Positions 1 through 11,396 of a DNA stretch of 64,000 nucleotides are shown in pieces. Numbering within the stretch: position 1 is the stretch's first letter; each line of letters begins with the position of its first letter. The position numbers and the translations under genes were made by a program. The stretch lies in the NCBI GenBank assembly GCA_964016885.1, contig OZ024742.1:252526001-252590000 (forward strand), written 5' to 3'. The stretch is from Eledone cirrhosa (lineage: Eukaryota). The notes below the pieces were generated by a model that ran no database searches, was not told the origin of the DNA, and was given only the letters and a program-made list of their open reading frames with translations.

Positions 1-470
1 AGCAGCCTTTGGAAGGATAGAGCTCTTACAAAGTCCACCAAAAAGAAAGTAATCAAAACATTAGTGTGGCCGGTAGCTCTATAGGATTGTGAGCCATGGA
101 ATTAAAGGCATCTGGCTTGAAACAACTGAGTGAATTTGAAATGTCATGCAATAGGCATGCAATCAGAATTAGCTGGATAGCTCACAGAACAGATGAATCT
201 GTGCTGGAAGAGATTGGTGCCAATTGACAGTTGGTTGAAACAGTAAGGTAAAGGAAACTTCAGTAATTTGGTCATGTCATCAGGGCCCATAATTTGATTA
301 CCAACATCCTTAAGGGACGAATACAGGGGAAAGGGCCAGGGGATGGCAGAAAAGGAGACGGAGAGATGATATTAAGGAATGGACAGGAAGGAGTTTGGCA
401 GAATGTACAACTATGGCAAGAGACAGGAAAAGATGGAGAGTGCCTCTTCATAAGTCCATGACACCCGACC
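1..470 (+). mobile_element. Degenerate RTE (BovB-like) LINE, RT C-terminal fragment
   Basis: Manual translation across stops/frameshifts gives KTLVWPVAL.xCEPW, EFEMSCNR..IRISWIAHRTDESVLEEIG, RKLQ*FGHVIR, RRRDDIKEWTG, typical of the RTE ORF end. Confidence 0.7.
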
Positions 471-964
471 CTCAGATATGAGGATTGGATGAGAAGGAAG
501 GACATTTAATAGTAAAATTCAGACTTTTTAACATTGGAATACCTTAAAGTAATTTATTTTAATAAATGTAGAATATATTAGGGACATATCTGAACATAGA
601 TAGAGTACATACAGATATAAAAAGGGAACTCATACATATATAAAAAGCATATACAAATATAGAGTATATATACAGATATAAAAAGTATATACAGATGTAG
701 AGAACACATACAAATATAAACAGTATATACATATATATAGAGAGAGTGTATATAAATATAGAGAACAGATAGAGATGTAATGAGTGTATACAGATATAAA
801 GAGAGTATATATAGTTGCAAAGAAATATGACAAGGCTAAATTTCAAATTCTAAGAGCTGTGCTTAGAAGTAAAACAATTTTTTTTACATTGAAATAATCT
901 TTTATAACATATGAAGATTCTATTAGGCACATCTTTGAGTATGTTAGGATGTAATAATGTATCA

Positions 965-1650
965 TGATGATGATGATCATCATCATCACTGTTTAACGTC
1001 CATTTTTCCATGTTAGCATGGGATAGCTGAGTTGTTCCATTGTGAAACAAGCCAGATCAGATGACCATGTCTTGCTCATACAAACTGATTGTAGCTTAGT
1101 TTCTGTGGCTGGATGCCCTTCCTAATGCCAACAATATTTACAGTGTGTACTGAATGCTTTTTATCATGGCACCAAAATGATCACTTTACCGTGTGACCTG
1201 GGCGCATTTTGTTGTGGCACCTACACGGCCACTCTACAGTGTGGACTGGGTGCTTTTTGTCATGTCACCAATACAACCACTTTACAGTGTGGACTGAGGG
1301 CTGGGGTAGGGGAGGTGCATGGGGATTGGAGAGGCAGATCTAGGGTGGGGCACTTATCTGGTGAAGGATGGGGTGTGGGTGGAGTGTTATGATGTGGGAG
1401 GTGTATCGTAAGGGAAGGGGAAGGTAGGTGAAAGTGGTGCATACTAGATGTATTCTTCAACCCATGCACATGCGAAGGCAGGTCTTCTGTTATACTGCTT
1501 AACACCAGTGATCTCAATCCTGTGTCATCGCCTTTGCGAGGTGCAATTGTGTAAGATCAGCTTGTATCACCTCATCCCAAGTCTTCCTAGATCTTCCTAC
1601 TACATAGCTTCTATTTTTTATACAGCAGTCATCCTTCACACACATTACTG
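965..1650 (-). mobile_element. RTE LINE 3' end (ORF tail plus 3' UTR and (GAT)n tail), degenerate
   Basis: (CAT)n followed by gtttaacgtccat..., ctggatgcccttcctaa core and cacctcatcccaagtc, all shared with the RTE at 5318-8318. Confidence 0.75.
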
Positions 1651-2439
1651 TTTCATTTTGCATTTAGTTTAGCATTCTCAATAGCTTGTGGGATAATTTC
1701 AACACCAAACAGTCATTTAGAATAAAATTTCATCACAATACCAACTGAACCTGGAATGACACGCCAAGTTGTCCTCTGCTACTTCTGCTGTAATTCGCTA
1801 GATGGTGCTAGCCATCAGCTTTCTAAATATTTATTCGAAAACATACCATATATCATTAAATACACAAAATTCACATGCAAACACACACACATATATATAT
1901 ACATATGTACACACACACACATATATATATATATACATAGTAGGAAGCATATAGGCAGGATTGTTCGAATGTCAGCTAGAATGCCTGCAGTATTTGCTCC
2001 AGTTCTCTGAGCTAGGAGTTCAAATTATGCCGAAATCAACTTTATCATTCGCCTTTTTGATGCTGTTAAAAAAGTCCAATATTAGGGTCGATTTTTTGCT
2101 GAATATTTCTTTCCCATTTCCGTTGTATTATCATTGTCCTTCACTGGATGTGTATAGGGCTATGGGCTTATCCAGGTTTAACATTCTCACAACTCACTGT
2201 ATGTCACTACGGCACCCAAACGATTCCATCAGGAGTTATGGGTCCATAAGTGTGTGTGTGCGTAATACAGTCTTCACAAATTTGTTAATGTTGCAAGACA
2301 ATAAAGTCGTAAAGGGAACTAATCCTATAGTTTTCTGCTGTACGAAGCCTGGTAGTTATCTCCCTTGCAATATGTGTATATTATATTTGTATATATATGT
2401 ATATATATGTATGTGTGTGTGTGTGTGTGTATTTGAGAA

Positions 2440-2820
2440 AAGGCCATTGCAGTTAGAGTTAGAACTCTTTACAAGTAGGGTTTGATAAGTGTAAGGTTTA
2501 GGATTAGGATATGTTCAGTGTTAGGGTTTACTTCTCTGATGTATAAATTTTGTTTTTTGTGAAACCTTTTTTTTCTAAATCGTATTTTGTATTTCAGCTT
2601 CTCTCTCTATTTCATTAGGGGAAAGAATTATTTTTAATTATTTAGTGGTTTGGGTTAAGGTTAGAATTTAGGGGATAACTTGTAGGATGAGAAATAATGC
2701 TTAGGATTAATGGATAGGGTTATTAGGGTTATAAATAAGCGATAAAGTTAATAGGTAGGTCTAGATTTAAGGTTGGATTGTAGTTTAGCATTTAAGTTAG
2801 GGTTAGAGTCAGAGATAAGT
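2440..2820 (+). repeat. Degenerate TTAGGG-like tract
   Basis: Scattered ttaggg/gttagg/ttaagg hexamers; not a pure telomere array. Confidence 0.4.
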
Positions 2821-2859
2821 TTATATATGTGTTTATGCATGTGCATTCTCATAATCTGA

Positions 2860-3240
2860 AATCCAGATATTGTAAAGAACCTCTATATTGATCTGGAAAC
2901 TGTTCAGAGACATGCAACCAAGCAAATACCCTCCATCGGGCATCTACCATACTCTGAATACCTTGCTTCCCTGGGCATGGATACATTAAAGCTCCGTCTG
3001 GCAACTGACTTGGTGGACACTCACAGGATTATTAACAATCTTTCCAACAACAACCCTGGGCACCTTTTTGAATTCCACATGTCTAACACCCATGAGCATG
3101 CTTTCAAAATCAGGAACAGTACAGCTCTCATGACTTTCAGAAACATTTTTTCACTCTCAGAATTGCTGAAGCATGGAACAAACTACCTGCATCTATTATT
3201 AGTTGTTGGGACACTGCATCCTTCAAAACTTCCTAAAATT
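2860..3240 (+). mobile_element. CR1/L2-group LINE RT C-terminal relic
   Basis: DLETVQRHATKQIPSIGHLPYSEYLASLGMDTLKLR..DL..THRII matches the CR1-group LE.VQRRATK...L.Y.ERL..L motif. Confidence 0.65.
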
Positions 3241-3887
3241 TGCCAACACTACACCTGATATTCTACCAAACGCATGCATATGTGTATGTCTGTGTGTAGA
3301 TCATAACTTATACACTGTTCCCTTTCCTGACTTTTGTACATTATTCTATGTACTATACATGCACCTTTGATGAGTTGTAGTGCACCTGAGCACAGTACAC
3401 AATCATTTTCATTATAATGAATATGGATACAGACTGCATTAAAGACACTCTGAGGTCCCAAACATAGATACAGATTGCAGAAAAGACTCTCTGAGGTTTC
3501 AAACATTGAGACAGCATAATAAACAATACACATTCTCCAGTATAGCATGTCAGCAATCATTGCAATATACATGGGTGTGTGTCTGTGTTTCAATCTTCTA
3601 ACTTAGCAGTGCACTAAAATTAATATCAGATCTGAAATAAAATAAGTACTTGGATTGATATGATCAATGGAAACATTTAAGAGCAGAACCCAGCATGGCA
3701 GCAGTCTAATCACTGAAGCCAATAAATGATTAAAAGAATATATATATAGTGTATTAGTGTGTAATGCTTAATTACTGATGGTCCACCAATTAGAGCACTC
3801 AATGTTAATATTTGGGTTCAGCTACCGATGTGGGATTCTATGTATGATATTTCATCACGGGTCGGTATCCTTAAAAAGTGGAAAATC

Positions 3888-4200
3888 TATCCAAATTTAA
3901 AGATCTAGAGATAGAAAAAACCTGAATGTGGATATTGAAGACAGAAACAATACCTACAATTATAGGTGCTCTGGGAATGATAAAAAGCATGCAGACTGAT
4001 ACATAACCAAAATTCCAGGACTCACAAATATATACAACGTACAAAAAATAGCACCACTAGGCACTGTACACATATCACAAAGAGTACTCTCAATACAATA
4101 GAACAAACACCACCAAAAACCAGACTGCACCTACCCAAGGTGCACAAAGCTGCGCTCAGTAATGCAGTGATAACATGCAAAATAATAATAATAATAATAA
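3888..4200 (+). mobile_element. R4/Dong-like non-LTR retrotransposon 3' relic (restriction-like endonuclease end)
   Basis: SKFKDLEIEK.*MWILKTETIPTIIGALGMI...IYNVQKIAPLGT.HI followed by an (AAT)n tail. Confidence 0.6.
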
Positions 4201-4219
4201 TGATGACAACAACAACAAT

Positions 4220-4660
4220 GATTTCTTTATTAACCACAAAGGGTTCACATCAAGAAAAACATGATGGCACAGGATGAAAATATAGTGTGTGTGTTGTTAA
4301 AAAGAAAGATTATAAAACTAAAACAAAGAAGGTTCCTCAATAGGGAGACGTTCGAGGGTGATTCGTGGAAAAATCCCCCATAAAACAACAGATGCCCTGA
4401 TCTTTAGGGCAAGTGCTCTATCCCAATTGTAGTCCTCCAATCTACAGGCTCACACTCAGGCCATGCTTGCTTCTCTCACCCACATTTCAAAAAATTGCTT
4501 TAAAGGCAGCACTTCTCTCTCTACCCTGATTTTCCTCCTCAAGTGGAACTTGAAGAAGTTAATCAGGGCTTCTCCAAAGAGGAAAGTGCTCATCTTCAAA
4601 CCTTTCAAGCATGTCCACTATACAAACTCTTTCGCCATGGCCACAAGACATATAATAAAC
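4220..4660 (-). mobile_element. Possible L1/Tx1-like LINE 3' relic
   Basis: Minus-strand LVAMAKEFV*WTCLKG...LINFFKFHLRRKIRVERE...F*EMW resembles Tx1/L1 ORF2 C-termini; AATAAA near the 3' end. Confidence 0.45.
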
Positions 4661-4930
4661 AGGAACAAAGTATCAATATAACATCATTATGTTTATTCAC
4701 ACATGATGCGTGTTTCATGATCAATCAGCTCAAGGTACAATCAGTAGTGATCAGGCCTGACACTGGAATGGATAGCTCATCAGACTTGTGGATTCTTGAA
4801 TGAATAGAATTATCTCTGCTACACCATTATATATATATATTCCATAATTTTATTAATTGACATAATTAATAAAATGATACTGGATTCCAGAATACTGCCT
4901 TATTCTTCATTACTATATATATATATATAT

Positions 4931-5311
4931 CGAAACCTACAGTCAGTAGGCACCTCTAACAAAAATACACCCCGTCCCACCCACCCCACCCCATCCACAC
5001 AACCCCTTTCGATGTAAAGTTATGTTGGTACCACAACATCCAGTCCGAAATAAATGAGGTCATGTAGGTGTCACGACAAAAAAAAAACACACAGTCCACG
5101 CTGTAATGTCGCCGTGTAGATAACACGGTAAAAACCTCTCAGTCCACACTGTAAACGTGGTTGGTGTTAGGAAGGGCATCCAGCCGTAGAAAACCCACCA
5201 GACAGTCCTATACGAGCAAGACAATCAATCTTGCCTCAAGTGGGAAAACTCCCATCCAAACCCATGCAAGCGTGGAAGATGGACGTTAAACGATGATGAT
5301 GATGATGATGA
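4931..5311 (+). mobile_element. 5'-truncated RTE 3' UTR copy with (GAT)n tail
   Basis: Close reverse-complement match to the 3' UTR of the RTE at 17551-17925; flanked by (TA)n. Confidence 0.85.
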
Positions 5312-5317
5312 TATATA

Positions 5318-8300
5318 TCATCATCATCATCATCATCACCGTTTTACGTCCGTTCTTCCACGCTAGCATGGGTTAGACGGGTTGTCCTGTTGTGGGCAGT
5401 GTCTGGTCGGCTGACCATGCCTTGCTCATACAGGAACTGATCTGGCTTGATTTCTACAGCTGGATGCCCTTCCTAACACCAACCTCATTTACAGTGAGTG
5501 CTGGGTGCTTTTTCGTGGCGCCTACACGTCCACTTTACAGTGTGGGCTGGGTGCTTTTTTGCCGTGGCACCTCCACGACCACCTTGCGGTGGGGGGGGGG
5601 GGGGGCATATTGTTTATATGCTTCAGCATGTACCCATGGGAGGTCGGGTACCCTGTATTACTGCGTGACGCCAGAAGTCACGGTCGTGTGTCATTGACTT
5701 TGAGAGGTGTAGTTGGGTAAGGTCGGCTTTTATCACCTCATCCCAAGTCATCTTGGGTCTCCCCACTCCGCGGTTTCCATCAACTTCTAGTGCTCTGCAC
5801 CTTTTTATGCAGCTGTCATCCTTCATACGCATCACATGTCCATACCAGCGTAACCGCCTCTCCTGCACGCAGCATTTGATTCCTCTTATGCTCAGTCTCT
5901 CTCTCAATTCATTTATGCTTTGTCGTTCACGTATATTACTGTTACACATCCATCGGAGCATGCAGGCTTCGTTTCTCTCTAATCTACGTAAGTCTTCCAC
6001 CTTCAGCGCCCAGGTCTCACTACCATGCAACATCGCTGTTCGGATACACGCATCATACAGTCTGCCTTTCATTCTGAGGGAGAAGCCTTTTGCAGCTAGC
6101 AGTGGTAGTAGTTCCCTAAACTTCTTCCATCCCGTTCTTACCCTAGTTATTGTACTTTCTGAGCACCCACCTCCGTTGCTAATTCGGTCACCTAGGTAGC
6201 AGAAGCTGTCTACTGTTTCTACAGGGCCCTCCCAGAGATTGGTGGTACTTGTTTCCTGTGGCTGTTTGCTTGCTGTTTCAGCACAGCTGCTGCATGTGAA
6301 TCCTACATTCTTAATTAAGCTTCCTGAGATCCCGCTACATCTCTTGTGTACCCATTGTTTGCATTTGGGGCAAAGAATGGAGTTCCTACCTACACCTTTC
6401 CTACATACTGAGCAAGGCCATTTCCCTGAGGGGATCTGGGTTCTGTTTTCTCGTCTACTTATAAGGACCTTAGTCTTTGTCATGTTGACTTTGAGGCCCT
6501 TTCTCTCTAGTCCCTGCTTCCAGGTTTGGAATTTATTCTCTAGTTCTACCATAGATTCAGCTATGAGTGCGAGGTCATCAGCATACAGGAGTTCCCATGG
6601 GCATCCGGTCTTAAACTCCTCCGTTATTGCCTGCAGGACTATGATGAACAGGAGAGGGCTAAGAACAGAGCCCTGGTGGACCCCAACCTGTACGCTAAAT
6701 TCCTCGCTATACTCATTGCCAATCCTAACTTTGCTGACTGCTCCCCTATACATGGCTTGTACCGCTTTCACAAGCCATTCATCTACTCCTAGTTTTCTAA
6801 GAGCCCACCAGATTACTGCACGTGGAACTCTGTCAAAGGCTTTCTCAAGGTCGACAAATGCCAAGTAGAGTGGCTTACTTTTAGCTAGGTACTTTTCCTG
6901 TAATTGCCTCACAAGGAAGAGCGCATCAGTGGTGCCTTTCCCTGGTACAAACCCAAATTGCATCTCGTCTATATTCACCCGGTCCCTAATCAGCTGTGCT
7001 ATAACTCTTTCTGTTACTTTCATGACCTGGTCCATCAACTTTATACCTCTATAGTTTCCTCTATCTAGTGCATCGCCTTTACCTTTGTAGCAGTTGACAA
7101 TGATGCTACTGCACCAATCTTTTGGTATGGCCCCCTCTAGTATTACCTGGTTAACGATACGTGTGGTTATAGTGTGACCTACAGACCCAGATGCCTTCAG
7201 CATCTCGGCAGCTATACCCGATGGACCGGTTGCCTTCCCTATCTTCATATCTCTGATTGCCTTACTTACTACGCTGCCGCTGACTTGTACTGCTGGTCCC
7301 TCTATAGGGTCTACGTGGGGTAGGGTCTCTTCTTCCCATGCATTCTCCTCATTTAGTAATCTATCATAATGACTCTTCCATGCATCTTTCTTCTCAGCAC
7401 TTGTGAGGGCAAGCTCACCTTTATCATTCCGGATACACTTCTCTCCAATGACATCACAACTATCTCTGACACACTGCCTCGCAATCTTGAATACCTCCTG
7501 TTTCTGGTCCTCACGTTGTAAAACATGCTTGAATTTTCTATCCTCTGCTTCCCTCCTAGCTAAGTATACTTGTCGCCTAGCTTCCCTCTTGGTCTCTATG
7601 TAATGTACCCTGCTCCCCCCGTTCTTCCATTCTTTCCATGCCTGTCTCTTGGCCTTGACTGCTTCATCTACCTTATTGTTCCACCACCAAGTCACTCTCC
7701 TCCTGCTTGAGGTCTTACTCCAGCCACAAACCTCATCCGTCGCCTCTAGTAAGTTATTTTTTAGGAACTCCCAGTTCTCTTCTACGTTAAATGTCTCTAT
7801 CTGTTCTTCTTTACTGTCGTAGGCGTTGAGTAAAATATCTTTAAATCTGTTACTGGTTGAGGGGACTTTCAGCTTCCAGATCTTTCTTCTCCAGGTTGGC
7901 CTCTGTTTCAGGGCTCGTCTAGTTCTGACCGTGAGGTCGCTGACAACTAAGCTATGTTGGGATGTACATTCCTCACTAGGGAAGGCTTTTGTGTTTACGA
8001 CCGTCCATCTGTCACGTCCTCTGATGAGGATAAAATCTAACTGACTAGAGTGCTCCCCTGATCTATAGGTGATCAGGTGGTTGTCGGGTTTTTTAAAGTT
8101 TGTGTTACATATCGACATGTCATTGGCGTCGCAGAATTCTAGAAGTCTGAATCCTTCCTCATTCCTTGTGCCAACTCCATGGCCTCCATGTACTCTATTG
8201 AAGCCGTCGCAGTGTTTACCTACGTGTCCGTTAAAATCTCCTGCAATGATTAGGAAGTCCTTGTCGTCTGTTAGAGCAGTAGTGTGTATTAGGGACTCGT

Positions 8301-8318
8301 AAAACCTATCCTTAAGTT
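5318..8318 (-). mobile_element. RTE-clade LINE, 5'-truncated inside the APE domain, young copy
   Basis: Uninterrupted APE-RT reading frame, 3' UTR and (GAT)n tail. Confidence 0.95.
5623..8118 (-). CDS. RTE ORF: partial AP endonuclease, reverse transcriptase and internal PHD-type finger (frame stays open upstream to ~8318)
   Basis: SQLDFIL, NYRGIKL, QFGF, FVDLEKAFD, GVHQGSVLSP, LLYADD, FCYLG; upstream in frame IIAGDFNGHVG. Confidence 0.93.
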   Translation of the reverse strand: MSICNTNFKKPDNHLITYRSGEHSSQLDFILIRGRDRWTVVNTKAFPSEECTSQHSLVVSDLTVRTRRALKQRPTWRRKIWKLKVPSTSNRFKDILLNAYDSKEEQIETFNVEENWEFLKNNLLEATDEVCGWSKTSSRRRVTWWWNNKVDEAVKAKRQAWKEWKNGGSRVHYIETKREARRQVYLARREAEDRKFKHVLQREDQKQEVFKIARQCVRDSCDVIGEKCIRNDKGELALTSAEKKDAWKSHYDRLLNEENAWEEETLPHVDPIEGPAVQVSGSVVSKAIRDMKIGKATGPSGIAAEMLKASGSVGHTITTRIVNQVILEGAIPKDWCSSIIVNCYKGKGDALDRGNYRGIKLMDQVMKVTERVIAQLIRDRVNIDEMQFGFVPGKGTTDALFLVRQLQEKYLAKSKPLYLAFVDLEKAFDRVPRAVIWWALRKLGVDEWLVKAVQAMYRGAVSKVRIGNEYSEEFSVQVGVHQGSVLSPLLFIIVLQAITEEFKTGCPWELLYADDLALIAESMVELENKFQTWKQGLERKGLKVNMTKTKVLISRRENRTQIPSGKWPCSVCRKGVGRNSILCPKCKQWVHKRCSGISGSLIKNVGFTCSSCAETASKQPQETSTTNLWEGPVETVDSFCYLGDRISNGGGCSESTITRVRTGWKKFRELLPLLAAKGFSLRMKGRLYDACIRTAMLHGSETWALKVEDLRRLERNEACMLRWMCNSNIRERQSINELRERLSIRGIKCCVQERRLRWYGHVMRMKDDSCIKRCRALEVDGNRGVGRPKMTWDEVIKADLTQLHLSKSMTHDRDFWRHAVIQGTRPPMGTC

Positions 8319-8620
8319 CGTTTTATGTCCATTCTTCCATGCTAGCATGGGTTAGATGGGTTGTCCTGTTGTGGGCAATGCCAGGTCAGGTGACCATGTC
8401 TTGCTCATACAGAATTGATTTTGGCTTGATTTCTACAGCTGGATGCTCTTCCTAACACCAACCTCATTTACAGTGAGTACTGGGTGCTTTTTTAACGTGG
8501 CGCCTACACGACCACTTTACAGTGTCATGACACCTACATGACCACTTAACAGAGGGAAGGGGTGGGTTCATACTGTCTATATGCTTCAGCTTCAACATGT
8601 ACCCATGGGAAGTCGGGTCA
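8319..8620 (-). mobile_element. Second RTE 3' UTR copy abutting the 5' truncation of the long copy
   Basis: Sequence parallels 5340-5650 (ttcttcca.gctagcatgggttaga...cccatggga.gtcggg). Confidence 0.85.
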
Positions 8621-9152
8621 TCTGAAAGAATGATTTTATTCAAAATATCACAGCAGTAAGTTATCTCACCAATGTCATAGTTATAGTTAAATAAAATATA
8701 CTATTGGGAGGTTATCATTACACAGCGTAATATAATATTTCCTGTGTGAATACATTTATGGTGATTTAACAAAGTCATTATGATATCAGACAGAAGGATT
8801 AGCAGCATTCATTGTATCTATCTGCACTTTAAATCATGTAAAGGTCACCTTTGCCTTTTATTCTTTTGAGATCAATAAATATAGTACTAGTTTAGTACTG
8901 AGGTTGATTTTCCCCCCTTGATCTTTTTCTATTTCTGTGGCTGTGGTCAAACAGAGTGATAGGCACCACCAGGTTTAAAAATGTCAAAGACATACAGTAT
9001 CACAATGGTGTCTTTATGATTCAATTATGGGTTATAGCATCAGTAATTCACAAAATAGTGTTGGGAGGTTATCTCATATAATTCTATCTTTTTTCGTGTG
9101 TGACTACACTTATTATTTTATAAAATATCTTTTCATAGAAAGAACTAAGCTA

Positions 9153-9720
9153 TTTGTATCCCAGTTTTAGAATAGGTAAACTAAATCACTGTGTTTATCC
9201 AGTTTTAGAATAGATACATTGTATTCCTGTGTATATCCCTGTGTGTATCCCAGTTTTAGAATAGATACACTGTATCCCTGTGTCTATTGCTCTTTTAGAA
9301 TAGGTACAGTATATCCTTGTGTGTATCCCAGTTTTAGAACACATACCCTGTATACCTGTATGTATCCCAGTTTTAGAATACATACTCTGTATCCCTGTGT
9401 GTACCCCAGTTTTAGAATAGATACACAGCATCCCTGTGTCTATTCCACTTTTAGAATAGGTACAGTATATCCCAGTTTTAGAATAGCTACACAGTCTCCG
9501 TGTGTCTATTCCATTTTTAGAATAGATACACAGTCTCTCTGTGGGTATCCCAGTTTTAAAATAGATACACTGTATCCCTGTGTGAATCACAGTTTTAGAA
9601 TGCATACACTGTATCCCTGCAGGCATCCCACTTTTAAAATAGGTATATCATTCCTATATGTATCCCAGTTTTAGAATAAGTACACTGTATTCCTGTCTGC
9701 ATTCCAGTTTTAGAACAGAT
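9153..9720. repeat. ~39-bp minisatellite downstream of the ZNF gene
   Basis: About 14 copies of tgtgtatcccagttttagaatagatacactgtatccctg and variants. Confidence 0.9.
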
Positions 9721-9961
9721 GCAATACATTCCTCTTGCAATGTTATAAGGTGATTAAAAGGTTTCCTGTCATGAAAGGTATCCAACCAAAAAAACACTGC
9801 CTTAAAAAAGGAAACATGGGTAAAGCTCACAAGGTTAAGTCCTACTTTAATAGAGAAACATGCTGTTGTGTGATAATGAATCTCAACACTGATATAGTCA
9901 TGCATCTGTAGGAATACAAGCATGTAACATTTTGACAATGACTCACCACATATATCAAGTG

Positions 9962-11071
9962 TTATGGCTTCTCTTCAGTATGAATACATTTGTGAGAATT
10001 TAAGTTACCATTGCGAATGAATGATTTACCACAGAAATCACAGTGATAAGGCTTCTTTCTTTTATGTATATGTTTGTGTTTAGCTAATTCATTACTTTGA
10101 ATGAATGATTTATCACAGATACCACAATGATATGGCTTTTCTCCTGTATGAATACGTATGTGTTTAGTTAAGCCACTTTTATGAGAGAAAGACTTACCAC
10201 AGATATCACAGCAATATGGCTTTTCTCCAGTATGAATACGTTTGTGAGTAGTTAAATGACCATTTTCAGAGAATGATTTACCACAGACATCACAGTGATA
10301 TGGTTTCTCTCCTGTATGAATGCGTTTGTGATCACTTAGGTGATTATTTCGAGAAAATGATTTACCACAGATATCACAATGGTATGGTTTCTCTCCTGTA
10401 TGAATACGTGTGTGTCTAGTTAAGTCCCCACTTTCAGGAAATGATTTACCACAGATCACACAGTGATATGGCTTCTCTCCTGTATGAACACGATTGTGTC
10501 TAATTAATTTACTACTTCCAGAGAATGATTGGCCACAGATATCACAGCGGAATGGTTTTTCTCCTGTATGAATACGTATGTGAATAGTTAAGTCATGGTC
10601 ATGAAAGAATGATTTACCACAGATATCACAGAGATATGGTTTTTCTCCTGTATGAACACGTTTGTGAGTAGTTAACTGACCGCTTGTAGAGAATGATTTA
10701 CCACAAATATCACAGTGATATGGTTTCTCTCCTGTATGAACTCGCTTGTGAGTAGTTAACTGACCATTTGCAGAAAATGATTTACCACATATATCACAGG
10801 GGTATGGCTTCTCTCCTGTATGAACACGGTTGTGATTAGTTAAAGAACTACTGACAGAGAATGATTTACCACAGATATCACAGCGATGTGGTTTCTCTCC
10901 TGTATGAATACGTATATGCGTAATTAGGTTGCATTTTTGATTGAAAATCTTTTGACAGACATCACAGTTGTATTTTGTTTTACTTATTTCTTTCGGCATT
11001 TTATCAGGAAAATCAATTCTTTTAGATCCTGCATCAAATTTAATTTCATTCTCAAATAATTCACTCTCCAT
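9962..11071 (-). CDS. C2H2 zinc-finger protein, 12 tandem fingers, single coding exon, no KRAB/SCAN domain seen
   Basis: 12 x CxxC...HxxxH with TGEKP linkers and a short acidic N-terminal leader; intact 369-aa ORF. Confidence 0.95.
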   Translation of the reverse strand: MESELFENEIKFDAGSKRIDFPDKMPKEISKTKYNCDVCQKIFNQKCNLITHIRIHTGEKPHRCDICGKSFSVSSSLTNHNRVHTGEKPYPCDICGKSFSANGQLTTHKRVHTGEKPYHCDICGKSFSTSGQLTTHKRVHTGEKPYLCDICGKSFFHDHDLTIHIRIHTGEKPFRCDICGQSFSGSSKLIRHNRVHTGEKPYHCVICGKSFPESGDLTRHTRIHTGEKPYHCDICGKSFSRNNHLSDHKRIHTGEKPYHCDVCGKSFSENGHLTTHKRIHTGEKPYCCDICGKSFSHKSGLTKHIRIHTGEKPYHCGICDKSFIQSNELAKHKHIHKRKKPYHCDFCGKSFIRNGNLNSHKCIHTEEKP

Positions 11072-11376
11072 AATTTCTATTTTTCCCCTCTGATATACAG
11101 AAATGCTTCTTTTTGTTTATATTTTATATCTAACAAATACTTCTGCTATTTTCTGGTCAGCTGTGATCTATCGTTTTTGAAATCTGAAAATGTTTTTTTC
11201 TAAATTCATCCAAGTTCAGTTAGCATAAAAAGCCATCTTGTACACCTTCCAGGTAGTAAAGTAGAGAAATGTTATTAATCTCAGTTCAGGTGAAATGTTT
11301 CACAAAATAGAGTTATATCTGTTCTATATAACATGTTCCTTTAGTCTTAAAAAAGTAATAAAAATTGATGATACAT

Positions 11377-11396
11377 CTGAAATAATAAAGAAACAG
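11377..11396 (-). promoter_or_regulatory. Candidate splice acceptor for the ZNF coding exon
   Basis: Minus strand reads ctgtttctttattatttcag|ATGTAT, about 305 nt upstream of the ATG. Confidence 0.5.

Noticed and set aside
2180-2240. Minus-strand hammerhead-like motif (CTGATGG...GACA) with a plausible stem I
   Set aside because: Both core boxes are mutated and stems II/III are poor
5753-8302. Plus-strand ORFs opposite the RTE ORF (similar ones opposite gypsy pol and other RTEs)
   Set aside because: Antisense shadows of TE coding sequence with no recognisable motifs
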